A DNA stretch of 63,642 bases, counting the filler, from Octopus bimaculoides (taxonomy: Eukaryota), in the NCBI RefSeq assembly GCF_001194135.2. It is 6 parts of 5 records of this genome, joined end to end, with 100 filler letters (N's around TTAATTAATTAA, not from the genome) between each part and the next. Parts side by side here need not be neighbours in the genome. Positions count along the whole stretch, not along the records: positions 36,400 to 53,706 come from NC_068982.1; positions 53,807 to 62,216 come from NC_068986.1; 4 more parts are not named here. One strand, given 5' to 3'. How positions within the stretch are numbered: the first letter of the stretch is position 1; the number at the start of each line of letters is the position of its first letter. This document shows, in pieces, positions 50,745 to 62,316 of this stretch. Below the pieces are notes generated by a model. The model saw only the letters and a program-made list of their open reading frames with translations, had not been told where the DNA came from and ran no database searches. Made by a program: the position numbers and the translations under genes.

Positions 50745-51700
50745 CAGGCTGGAGATGCGACTCTTTTCCATATATTTGTAGAAGTTGGGTAATAATGGTC
50801 AGTGGAGCGGCTTAGCAAGAGACAGACAAGTCTAGAAACTTCCCGAACGTTGTCAAGAATATTATAGAGATGTTCACAGAAACGGTCATCCAAACTGTGT
50901 CTCGTCTGGTTAACATACAGTGCATTGTAGAGTTTGCATGATATGCAGTATATTAGGTTAGCAGAGTGGAGGCGCAATGGCCCAGTGGTTAGGGCAGCGG
51001 ACTCGCGGTCATAGGATCGCGGTTTCGATTCCCAGACCGGACGTTGTAAGTGTTTATTGAGCGAAAACACCCAAAGCTCCACGAAGCTCCGGCAGGGGGC
51101 GGTGGCGAACCCTGCTGTACTCTTTCACCACAACTTTCTCTCACTCTTACTTCCTGTTTCTGTTGTACCTGTAATTCAAAGGGTCAGCCTTGTCACACTA
51201 TGTCACGCTGAATATCCCCGAGAACAACATTAAAGGTACACGTGTCTGTGGAGTGCTCAGCCACTTGCATGTTAATTTCACGAGCAGNNNNNNNNNNGAT
51301 TCCCAGACCGGACGTTGTAAGTGTTTATTGAGCGAAAACACCCAAAGCTCCACGAAGCTCCGGCAGGGGGCGGTGGCGAACCCTGCTGTACTCTTTCACC
51401 ACAACTTTCTCTCACTCTTACTTCCTGTTTCTGTTGTACCTGTAATTCAAAGGGTCAGCCTTGTCACACTATGTCACGCTGAATATCCCCGAGAACAACA
51501 TTAAAGGTACACGTGTCTGTGGAGTGCTCAGCCACTTGCATGTTAATTTCACGAGCAGGCTGTTCCACTGATCGGATCAACTGGAACCCTCGACGTCGTA
51601 AGCGACGGAGTGCCAACAACAAGTTAGCAGAAGATGCAATGGAAGGGGTTAGTAACGTTACTATGAACATGAAATCTAGTTGTAGGGTATATGAAGTGGC
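50745..51700 (-). mobile_element. Decayed Neptune-like PLE endonuclease split by a SINE
   Basis: TCHFI..FHC/SSANLIYCISCKLYNALYVNQTRHSLDDRFCEHL, continuous across the SINE once the TSD is removed. Confidence 0.7.
50965..51622 (+). mobile_element. SINE family C with 8-bp TSD; 261-bp apparent assembly duplication
   Basis: TSD GTTAGCAG at 50957-50964 and 51623-51630; 51027-51287 appears identical to 51298-51558 across a 10-N gap. Confidence 0.92.
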
Positions 51701-52651
51701 ATGTAAGGTGGAAGCAAGTGAAAGTTTCAGGTTGAAGTTAGATTTGGGATAAAAGGAGCTCCTGAAGTGATACGATTTTCTCTTCGTCTCTGTCAGACAA
51801 AGGACAAACATCACAGAACATTAGATTCGTTGCTCTTCGCGACGATTTAACTATCAAACTCACGTAGAAGCTCGTGGATTAATTATTTACTTTGTACAGT
51901 CCTTAGATTTGCCTATCAGAAGTGATTCGTTGGTCGAGTTGTTGGTGGGTGGGAAGGTGTAAAGATTTTAATATACTGAAGTTTAGCTTTTTCTAATAAA
52001 GACTGATGTGACAGATATTTCTTAGAATGGCCATATACAATCTACTATTTCGATATTTGTATTCATCAACGAAACTGGAAAAATAATAAATTGTAAAGTC
52101 TAGCAATAATTTCCATGATTTTGTCATGTCAACTATGGTGATTCTATTTCTATTTTAAACGGCTAGCTTTATCACACACACTGTATTATGCTGATTCTGG
52201 CGGAGGATTATTCTGTGAGTACACATGTCTGCGGAATACTTAACCACTTAAATGGTAATTCCATGAATAGGGAGGAGGGAGTGTGGTTGATCAAACGACT
52301 GAAATACTCATCATTGGGGACAGACGGGAGGGTTGTAAATTTTACGCTGTCTGTATATGCCTCAGATTAGCGATTCGAATTTGTTTCTAGATGACTCGAG
52401 CATACGATGCTGTGAGCTGAAATAACAGCGAAATATCAATATCCACCGTTCTCGTTCACCTACAGGGCGATTTTGTTTCTCCTGAATTTGAGAGATTCAG
52501 TGTTTTTTAACACCTGACGTCTTAAAAACGGTTTTCAGGATAAAATGCCGCAGCTAATAAGCATATACACAAAACACATATATTAAGAATGTGACAATGG
52601 TAAAATTTACATAATTAGAGCAGCTTCTAAATAAAAAATTATATATATATA

Positions 52652-53339
52652 CTAGCAGAAATACCCGGCGTTGCCCGGGTTAAAGAGAATAATGAAATCT
52701 AAAAACGCCGTCTAGACTACGCAACCCTCAACTATTAGTAGCTACGATACCATATTTCTACATTAATAACTCTCCAATCCATGCCAGCATGGAACATAGA
52801 CATTAAGTGGAATGCTCGAAGAAAGTTTTCAACTCATATGTATATAAAGTAAATACACGTAATTCAGAAACACGTTTTGTGTATTTTATTTCGTAACCAA
52901 ACAAACAGGTACAGATTATAAATAATGAAAGGCCAATTTTGGTGATTCATTTGACAGAGGTAGTAGAGAGACAGTGCGATGATAAATCTGAAGTTGGATC
53001 TTGAAAGTTTGGATGAATGCTGCCTCAGTTAAATCTCTTGTGGTTCCAAATGATGCCATCTGTAGTACAGCGTCGTATTGTCTAATTTTTTTCCCAAATG
53101 TTTGGAATCTTGGTCAGTTGATGATAACAGTTTCTTCAATAGCTCTGGAGGTTGGGGATTGTGGAATTGTTGGGAATGTTTTTAACTTTGGTCTTATATG
53201 TATTGCTTGAATTTCTTTGACATAGGAAATATACGTATTTTCACTGGGTTTGTAAAAGAGAGTTGTGTAGTTCTCGAGTTTTAGGGATTCACACAGACAC
53301 ACAGACAGACAGACAGACATTCTCATCTTTATATAGAGA
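52652..53339 (-). mobile_element. Non-autonomous Helitron with intact termini and a RepHel N-terminal remnant
   Basis: A|TC start, (GTCT)n tract, KKIRQYDAVLQMASFG..FIQTFKIQLQIYHRTVSLLP, 3' hairpin ACCCGG-GCAACG-CCGGGT, CTAG|T end. Confidence 0.9.
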
Positions 53340-53466
53340 TATATATATATATACACACACACGCACCCAAACACACGTATATATATGTATATCAATATAA
53401 ATATATGAAAGTCAATGAAGTTTCGTAAAAGAAAGTGATCATGTACATACTTTCTTGCTGTTGTGA

Positions 53467-53706
53467 TTATAACACCTCGTTGTAAACAATGTTCCTTGTT
53501 TTCCCTTGTGGAGCATATGCAAATAGGTTTTTTTTCCTGCCCACTCTTGAGCAGCCAACATACAGTTGTCCATGTGAGAAGCAGGGCTCTTCCAAGAGAA
53601 GACCAGCTACAGACAGTGCTCATCTGTTATGTTCGGGTTAAAATTTCATCAACATCAAAAATATATGAATTTTCATGGGAGTTATGGCCGTTTTGCATAG
53701 AATATA
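53467..53706 (-). mobile_element. Helitron fragment with RepHel helicase C-terminus
   Basis: ALSVAGLLLEEPCFSHGQLYVGCSRVGRKKNLFAYAPQGKTRNIVYNEVL* (53467-53620). Confidence 0.88.
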
Positions 53707-53806
53707 NNNNNNNNNNNNNNNNNNNNNNNNNNNNNNNNNNNNNNNNNNNNTTAATTAATTAANNNNNNNNNNNNNNNNNNNNNNNNNNNNNNNNNNNNNN
53801 NNNNNN
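53707..53806. other. Artificial scaffold linker
   Basis: N44-TTAATTAATTAA-N44. Confidence 0.9.
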
Positions 53807-54042
53807 GTGTGTGTGTATGTGTGTTTGTGTGTCTGTGTTTGTCCTCCCACCATCGCTTGACAACCGATGCTGGTGTGTTTAGGTTCCCGTAACTTAGCGG
53901 TTCGGCAAAAAGAGACCGATAGAATAAGTACTGGGCTTACAAAGAATAAGTCCTGGGGTCGATTTTCTCGACTAAAGGCGGTGCTCCAGCATGGCCGCAG
54001 TCAAATGACTGAAACAAGTAAAAGAGTAAAAGAGTAAAAGAG
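53807..54042 (+). mobile_element. SINE family B, 3' half with (GAGTAAAA)n tail
   Basis: catcgcttgacaaccgatgctgg..ggcggtgctccagcatggccgcagtcaaatgactgaaacaagtaaaagag. Confidence 0.9.
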
Positions 54043-54435
54043 TATATATCTTCAAATGCAATTGAAACAAGAATTAACAAAATAATCAACATAAGTATAT
54101 ACTGATCCCTGTTGAGAATAGATCTCGTTACCATCGAGCTCACGATGCTGCATCAAGGTCTTAAACCCCGTGAACTTGATTTTCTAGCAATGAAAAAATC
54201 TATAAAAGAACCCAGAGCCTGAACCAGGAGCTGAACCAAACACCACCGATCCATTAAGAGACACAGTCTCAAATTGGACTTATATAAAATAAGTACATCA
54301 GAGTTAATTTGGAACTGAAAAAGAACTACATAACTAGATGGAAAGCGATGAATAATATGCATACATACAAAAGAATGGCGTGTGTGTGTGTGTGTGTGTG
54401 TATGCTTTCAAAATATTTTGTAAATGTAGATACTG

Positions 54436-54670
54436 TTTTACTCTTGTTTCAGTTATCGGAATGCGACCGTGCTGGGAAATGCCTAGAAGAGTTTTAGTCA
54501 ATCAAATGGATCCTGGTATTTTAAGTCTAACACTTATTAATCTCTGTTTGCTGAAATGCAAGGATACGGTATATAATCGCAGAGGATCGTTTGTCAAAAG
54601 ACGCACATTTAAATACACTTACAGATATGCATATATGCATTCATACACACATATGCACACTCACATACGG

Positions 54671-54709
<39 letters not shown>

Positions 54710-54898
54710 AATACGATTATATATGTATATATGACAAGCTTCTGTGCAGTTTCCGTCAAGAAATTTTATTTAATCTCAAGGTATTAAACAATTCAAAGTT
54801 AAAGAAGGAGACGCTTGCCTCAGATGCCGTGCTTTGGAAGCGATCCGTAAGTGATGCGGTTTCACACAGAACTTTTAACCACAGATCCATGCCTGCAC
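54436..54898 (-). mobile_element. Degenerate SINE family B
   Basis: 3' end ctcttgtttcagtt..gctggg, central TA tract, head ttaaccacag..catgcctgcac. Confidence 0.65.
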
Positions 54899-55299
54899 TA
54901 ATAACTATGTTGTACAAGTAGCACTCAGGTTCTGAAAGTGGACACACAAGTACTAACTATCTAGGCTAGATGTTGCTTATTTTCTGTTATCAGATGAGAA
55001 CTGGCGCTTTCAACATGATACATTTACACAAAAATATCAATCTATATTCTTTCTGAATGCATAAGTGCATGCATGCACACATAGATACATACATATATTA
55101 GATACATACTTGCATCCACCACAAAGCCCAGTCTTTGTGGCAACGTGTTGGCTTGTGTGCCTCCATAATTCTGAGAGCTATGCCAGAGAAGCCCAAGTTC
55201 TTAGTATGGCAGATCAGCTCAAAGGATAGAAGTCAGACTAATATGAACGGCCTCATTCCAAATGTAAAAAAATGAGTTCGCATAGGGCCATCAGCTATA

Positions 55300-55505
55300 T
55301 CTAGAAAAAAAAAAGCAAAGCTACAGAACCAAACCAACAAGATCTGAGAGAGAAAGGCCTTTCCCTCAGTGAACCATCTGACGCAGTGCAGCAAAATCCT
55401 ACGGACGCTCTAAAAGTAGCTTGGGGTGGAATACTGAGGCAGAGTTGAAAAAGCAGGGATCCAATTAGAAGAAAAGGCAGCCCAGAGTCCAAACAGTGGA
55501 GAAAA
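55300..55505 (+). mobile_element. Possible decayed RTE LINE 3' end
   Basis: ..NTEAELKKQG.. resembles W.R..EAELK..G of RTE C-termini. Confidence 0.3.
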
Positions 55506-55548
55506 GTTGTTGATATTCTATTCCCTCAAAGAAACGAAGGTATTAAGA

Positions 55549-55579
<31 letters not shown>

Positions 55580-57539
55580 CATACATACATACATACATAC
55601 ACACACACACATACACACACACACATACATACATACATACATACATACATACATACATACATACATACATACATGCATTGCCACTGGAACTGTAAAAATT
55701 TGTAAAAATTTCCAGAAGTTTATCATGTAAGTATATATGAGCATGTCTAGACATGCAGCTATACGCATAAGAATACATACATAAAACAAAACATAGAAAT
55801 CTACACACGCACTGACTCCAGATACTGCATGCATACACACGTCCATGCAAAAACTCATTGATGTTATTGAAATCCCCATGAAGAAACCTTGTATCTAGGT
55901 CAGAAAGCGGCTCTTTCTCTATCGGCAAGAATTCTTGAAATAAAGCTGAATAAGGACATGCATACAAACATGCGTACATACATGCAGGCATGCAGCTTCA
56001 AGGTCTCAAAATTTTCACTTAGCACAGTTGCTCGAAAGACAGAACGAAGGCTTTTGTAGACTATGTAAAGTCAAAACTGAAGGCATTAGCCAGACCATTG
56101 CTAACTGTCATAGAATGTCCTCCAGAAACTAACTTCTGATCAGGATAAGATGAAACAAAAGAAAAACTAAAAACTGAATGAGAGAATACTGAGAGTGATG
56201 AAACAAAAGAATTATAAACAATGAAATTAAAACTCGACCGACCAAATATTGCTGTTTGGCATCACACACAATACAAAGAAACATGTTTTGTGTAAGCCTG
56301 CCCTGTAATTCACACGCTACAGACGGCTGCAATATTTGAGACAATAAAAGTCTTTAAAATCTTCGTAAAATTTGAGGGGGAATAAAGGATGATGAGAAGA
56401 TCCAATTTCGTATGTATTGTTTCTTTTTTTTTTTTTTCGCCAGCGGACAGAGCATCTACCAATGTATGGATGTATTTCTTTTCTTCCTCAATGTAGTTTT
56501 TAAAACTCTAGTTAGAAAAATACATAAATACATACACACATGCATGCAAGCATACATACATACATACATACATACATACATACATACATACATACATACA
56601 TACGTTTGTTTATGTGCATACATAAACAAACAAGCACATACACACACTTTAAGTAGCTCTGGTAAAACAATTCTTTCTATAAATATTATAAGTGATCATA
56701 GCATAAAAGCAACATTTTCAACGCTACTACTTTATTATATAGTCAACAATGAACCTAGAAATAAAGAAAATATCAAATAGAATCAGCAACTAAAACTCAT
56801 ATTAAACTTGAACATTACAGAGTTGTTGTCAAATAAAACCTTCACCGTTAGAAAAAGTAAAAAAAAAAACTACAAATAATACACGAAGAATGCAAGAAAA
56901 TTTGAAGGTCACCGACCGAATTCGGCAGCAGTTCTGCTAAAGAAATGATATTGTACATTAAAGGTAACTCAAACCATTGATAGTGACTCATAAAGCGCTA
57001 CTTATACTTTAAGTACGTGAACATCTGGGTTCAATAGAACTATATATGCACTGGAGATTTTCTCCAAAGTCGCTGTGTTAGGTATAAATAAATCTATTTC
57101 ATGACAAACACTGGCGCCCACCAGGATGGGAATTTTCGACGATGTATTTTTGAGCCTTTACGAATGCTTATACGTACGCACACACATACACACACATACA
57201 CGCACACACGCACGCACGCACATATACGCGCACACACATACACACACACACATACTCGCTATTTTAAATGTGTATGTGCGCACGGATGATACACAGGGCT
57301 CGCTTTTTACATGATTTGCGAAGGAAAAAATTCAAAACGATGCTCATACATGGCCGCAATCAGATGATTGATACAAGTAAACGAAGAACAAATGTCTGTA
57401 TTCTCAGAGACGCATACATAGATTTATATGCACATATAAATATACAATAAATATATATAAATATACTCTGGCTTAATGTTTGTACCCCATCCCATACATA
57501 TAAGTATATATATATATATAGTCAATCCAAACATGAACA

Positions 57540-57700
57540 AGCAAGAAAAAACAACAACACGAGGGCGTGGAATAAGTACAGTGTTATTGGACGCTCAGGA
57601 AAGGAAAGGAAAGGAAAGGGGGATTTCACTTTTCGAGCGAAGCTCTTCATCAGAAATATAGAAAAAGTCCAAAGAAGGGAAGACGGAGAAAGAAAATCGC
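57540..57700 (-). mobile_element. PLE terminal repeat related to family E, with HHR-like core
   Basis: ATTT-CTGATGA-A-GAGC-TTC-GCTC-GAA-AAGT-G-AAAT (57625-57657). Confidence 0.6.
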
Positions 57701-57964
57701 CAATGATACGCACGCGGTCACATATTGAAATGACCGGAAGGGAATGGGTGAAGAAAAAGTTCTTTCAAAGACAGGAGACTGCAAGAGAAGGAAGTATGCG
57801 TGTGTATGTATGTATGCATGGGTATGTGTGTGCGCACAGGCCTCTGTGTGTGTGTGTGTAATGATAGCACGTGTATGTGCGTGTGTGTGTGTCGTTGTGG
57901 CTGTTTATGTATGTGTGTGGTTGGACTTAGTGTCGTTGATGAGATAGCTGGAACTTTTGGAACA

Positions 57965-58290
57965 GTGCAGTGATGCTTAGACAAATTACAGAAGCTACAC
58001 ACATAATAAAAAATAAACCTAGCCTGAATAGGAAACTGGAATGGAACACTAGCACATCCCCAACACACCACAACATATGATAGAATAAGACCCTCATAAA
58101 CTGATAACATTATGAGCAAAATAGAATACAATACACAGATAAACAAATGGAATTAAATAACTATATACGTTAACAAAATTATATTAAATTAAATGCAAAA
58201 AAAAAGCAAAACAAAAAAGAAAGAATAAAAAAATTATTAGTAGGTATAAACACATGAACAAAATAAATGAAAGCAAATTAAACGAACGTG
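57965..58290 (+). mobile_element. PLE endonuclease C-terminus plus 3' UTR, copy 1
   Basis: LRQITEATHIIKNKPSLNRKLEW; diverged direct repeat of 60350-60640. Confidence 0.8.
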
Positions 58291-58299
58291 TATAAATAG

Positions 58300-58420
58300 G
58301 AGATACAAAAGGAGCTGCAATCCTAGAATCACATACGGCGCGTGATCTTGGGATTGATATGAACAACGATGCCTCGTTTCACATGCATGTCAACAAGATG
58401 GTGGCAGTGTGCAGGCGAAT
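58300..58420 (+). mobile_element. Inverted downstream segment of the adjacent CR1-type ORF2
   Basis: GAAILESHTARDLGIDMNNDASFHMHVNKMVAVCRR (RDLGI motif that follows the RT domain). Confidence 0.75.
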
Positions 58421-59510
58421 TTGCTTGCATTAAATAGCATGTTGATGTCTTCAGCCCATTTATATATGGCATCTCGGTCTTTCTGTTGAAGATTAGCATC
58501 AGAAGGTTCCTTGACTGCTTGTACTACTTTCGTGTCGTCAGTATAACTAGTAAGTGCGGCTGTCAGTGTAACTGATGGCATGTCTGAAAGAGTCACCATG
58601 AACAGCAGTGGAGTCAATACAGTTCCCTAAGGCACTCCCCTTTCTACTAATGTCTCCGTGGAGAGGGATCCGTTGGCTGCTTTAGCCTGGCCTCTGTCTT
58701 TTAAGAAGTCATACAACCAGTCTCCGATTTTTCCAGTTATGCCGAATCTCCGAAGTTTGTGACATATCATCTCATGATCGACCTTATCAAAGGCCTTTGC
58801 AAAGTCGAGATACATCACATCTACATTTGAACGATTCATTAATTCTTTCAACATCCAGTCATAGTGTTGCAAAAGCTGTGTAAGGCAGCTTCTGCCTGAG
58901 ATAAAGCCAAGCTGTGTGTCAGGAAGCAAATCATTATCTTCAAGGAAGGCAATTAGTGTCTTCCTGACAATGCGCTCCATGACTTTACTGACATGGGAAG
59001 TTAAAGAGACAGGTATATAATTCTTAGCGCCTACTTTGCTACCTGTGTTATGGATAGGGCATATAGTGCCTTCCTTTAACTTTTTGGAAATTTTCCCTGT
59101 TATGAGGAAGCTCTGGAAAAGAATCCGAAGTGGTCAAGCTACAGCCACTTTACAATTCTTCAGGAGGATTGCTGAGAATCCATCAGGGCCTGTTAGTGGC
59201 TGATATCACATCAGTTTCCTCTATGTTGATGCTGTCAATAATTGCCATTTTGTTGAGTAGATCTATGAAGCCAAAGAGCTCATCAGGCTACTTGCAAGTG
59301 TCCCAGTGGAGTGGTGAAAACACTCTTATATTGCACATTTAGTATTTCACTGATCCTCTGCGGGGTCTGCAGTCGATGAGCCATTTTCTTCAAGTAGAGG
59401 CCCTATTTTCTACTGTACTGAAGCAGATTCTTTTGCATATCTATAGAAGGTTTTAGGGTTTGTCATAGTAATATTGACAGCCATAGCCTCCTTTTCTGCC
59501 TTCTCCTTTT
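58417..59510 (-). mobile_element. CR1/Jockey-group LINE reverse transcriptase fragment (pseudogenised)
   Basis: GPDG..NYIPVSLTS..KVMERIV..QLGF..RSCLTQL..YLDFAKAFDKVDH..GVP*GTVLTPLLF..YTDDTK..FNASKF. Confidence 0.93.
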
Positions 59511-59589
59511 CATGGAAGCTTTTGAGTTCATTTTCGATCTCGAGCAATGTTCGTTTCAAGTAGGATCGTTTATATATACATATACATAC

Positions 59590-59633
<44 letters not shown>

Positions 59634-59669
59634 ATGTATGTATGTATGTATGTATGTATGGTATGTATG

Positions 59670-59712
<43 letters not shown>

Positions 59713-60009
59713 NNNNNNNNNNNNNNNNNNNNNNNNNNNNNNNNNNNNNNNNNNNNNNNNNNNNNNNNNNNNNNNNNNNNNNNNNNNNNNNNNNNNNNNN
59801 NNNNNNNNNNNNNNNNNNNNNNNNNNNNNNNNNNNNNNNNNNNNNNNNNNNNNNNNNNNNNNNNNNNNNNNNNNNNNNNNNNNNNNNNNNNNNNNNNNNN
59901 NNNNNNNNNNNNNNNNNNNNNNNNNNNNNNNNNNNNNNNNNNNNNNNNNNNNNNNNNNNNNNNNNNNNNNNNATATATGTATATAAATATATGTATATAT
60001 ATGTATGTA

Positions 60010-60850
60010 TATATACAGGTAACCCTATCAAACCCCTAATCGGTAGAGCCTACCCTTTTAGTAGAAACCCCTGTACTGATAGGAACTGCATTGTATGTAG
60101 ATTTAGCCCACAGACAAACTGTAAAGCTAGGAATGCGGTCTATAGTATAAGATATACAGAGGGTCGGTCCAGTAACAAGACAACGACGTACTCAGGGGAG
60201 ACAGCACGGAGCATAGGAGAGCGGGTAAATGAGCATTGGAGGGAACTTAAGGAAGAAAAGAGCTCATCGGTTCTATACCAGCATGCCGAGCAGGAAGTTT
60301 GGGGCTCACTCAAGAACATAGAAACTAAAATCTTCTCCACACATAAAACAGACGCAGCACTTATACAAATTGCAGAAACTACACACATAATAGAATATAA
60401 ACCTAGCCTAAATAGAAAACTAGAATGGAGCACTAGCACACACCACAACATATGAGAGAATAAGATCCTCATAAACTGATAATAATATGCAAGCAATACA
60501 ATACACAGATAACTAAATGGAATTAAATGACTATATACACAGACAAAATAAATCAAATTAAATTAATACAAAAAAACGAAAGAAAAGAAAAAGTAAGTAG
60601 ATATAAACAAATTATTAAAATGAATAAAAGTAAATGTAAATGCAGACACATTGCCACACACATACGCACTTACAAAACATAGACACACCCAGGGATGTAC
60701 GTATGCGCAAATAAAGACACATACAATAAGAATACAAAATGGCAGATTGTTAGTAAGGAGAGACACACAAAAAAGAAAGAAGAAAACAAAGGACCATTGA
60801 TGAAGTCACAAAAGTGTGACGAAAGAATTCTGGCCGAAATACAATTACTA
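60010..60850 (+). mobile_element. Penelope-like element 3' end: GIY-YIG endonuclease, UTR and HHR-like motif
   Basis: CTDRNCIVC..NCKARNAVYSI..YSGETARSIGERVNEH..SVLYQHA..AETTHI..PSLNRKLEW. Confidence 0.88.
60791..60835 (+). ncRNA. Degenerate minimal hammerhead-like motif
   Basis: GACCA-TTGATGA-A-GTCAC-AAAAGT-GTGAC-GAA-AGAATT-C-TGGCC; same helix II as 31722. Confidence 0.55.
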
Positions 60851-61673
60851 TAAAGTAAAGCTTAAGCGAGTGAACACCAGATATATAGTGCGTGTATTTT
60901 CATTGGGTAACAGGCAATGCAACATTATCTGTTTCAACACACGCATTCATATCAATGAACCTTGAAAAACGAATATATAAACGTAACGTGCATACATATA
61001 TATACGCATATATATAAATATATATATATACGTGTGTGTATATATATATATATATACGTGTATATATATATACGTGTTTATATATATATACGTGTATANN
61101 NNNNNNNNNNNNNNNNNNNNNNNNNNNNNNNNNNNNNNNNNNNNNNNNNNNNNNNNNNNNNNNNNNNNNNNNNNNNNNNNNNNNNNNNNNNNNNNNNNNN
61201 NNNNNNNNNNNNNNNNNNNNNNNNNNNNNNNNNNNNNNNNNNNNNNNNNNNNNNNNNNNNNNNNNNNNNNNNNNNNNNNNNNNNNNNNNNNNNNNNNNNN
61301 NNNNNNNNNNNNNNNNNNNNNNNNNNNNNNNNNNNNNNNNNNNNNNNNNNNNNNNNNNNNNNNNNNNNNNNNNNNNNNNNNNNNNNNNNNNNNNNNNNNN
61401 NNNNNNNNNNNNNATATAAAAGGGGTTTGTATGATAGTATATAGAGGAATATATTATTTAAAAGAGTTCCAACTCTGTCTGTTTTTTTATGTTTTATTTA
61501 TATTCTTATAAAATTAATGTGGGATATAGAATATGGAATATATAATATAAATAGTAAACTGAAATGAAGTATTGAATGTCTTATTGAATCTATGAAATAT
61601 TGAGTATTAAATATATATAGGGGTTAGTATACTTTCCAGCTTTATAGCAGTCATCAAGGTCATGTCTGACAGA

Positions 61674-61792
61674 CTTTATTTAAAAGCAGCAGAAATATAA
61701 CAAAAAAACTGTTAGACGGAGTTTCACGTTCCCGTTCATCGGACTGTCCGAGTAACAGTTTTTTGTTATATTTCTGCTGCTTTAAGATAAAG
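61674..61792. repeat. About 40-bp inverted repeat enclosing an HHR-like core
   Basis: Arms 61674-61714 and 61753-61792; minus strand CCGATGA-ACG-GGAA-CGT-GAAAC. Confidence 0.75.
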
Positions 61793-61898
61793 CATATTAC
61801 TCTACCTCTGGTATTTGCGTGCTCTATTTTTCCACCTTGATGCACATTTATGTGCTTACTCCGGTATATACATACATACACACATACATACATACATA

Positions 61899-62094
61899 TA
61901 AGAGGGATGACCAGTAAGTGGACATCCATTTTGCAAGAAGTAGACCACCTATGGTCTGACCACTAAGAAAAGATTGTTCTCAAGAAAATTCACCATACAC
62001 CAGAACGTGTTTGAGAACAATATTTTCTTGGTCGCCAGACCATAGGTGATCTACTTCTAGCATAATGGATGTCCACTTAGTGGTCATCCTCTTA
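61899..62094. mobile_element. Fold-back MITE, TA-flanked
   Basis: Imperfect inverted arms of about 85 bp (taagagggatgacca..ttgttctcaa) around a 27-nt spacer. Confidence 0.85.
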
Positions 62095-62216
62095 TAAGTA
62101 TGTAACATAATTTTTCTGAATCTTCAGATACTTGTATCTATATATATATTTACGTGTATATATATTATATAGAATATATACATACATATATATACACGCA
62201 TACATATATATATATA

Positions 62217-62316
62217 NNNNNNNNNNNNNNNNNNNNNNNNNNNNNNNNNNNNNNNNNNNNTTAATTAATTAANNNNNNNNNNNNNNNNNNNNNNNNNNNN
62301 NNNNNNNNNNNNNNNN
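62217..62316. other. Artificial scaffold linker
   Basis: N44-TTAATTAATTAA-N44. Confidence 0.9.
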
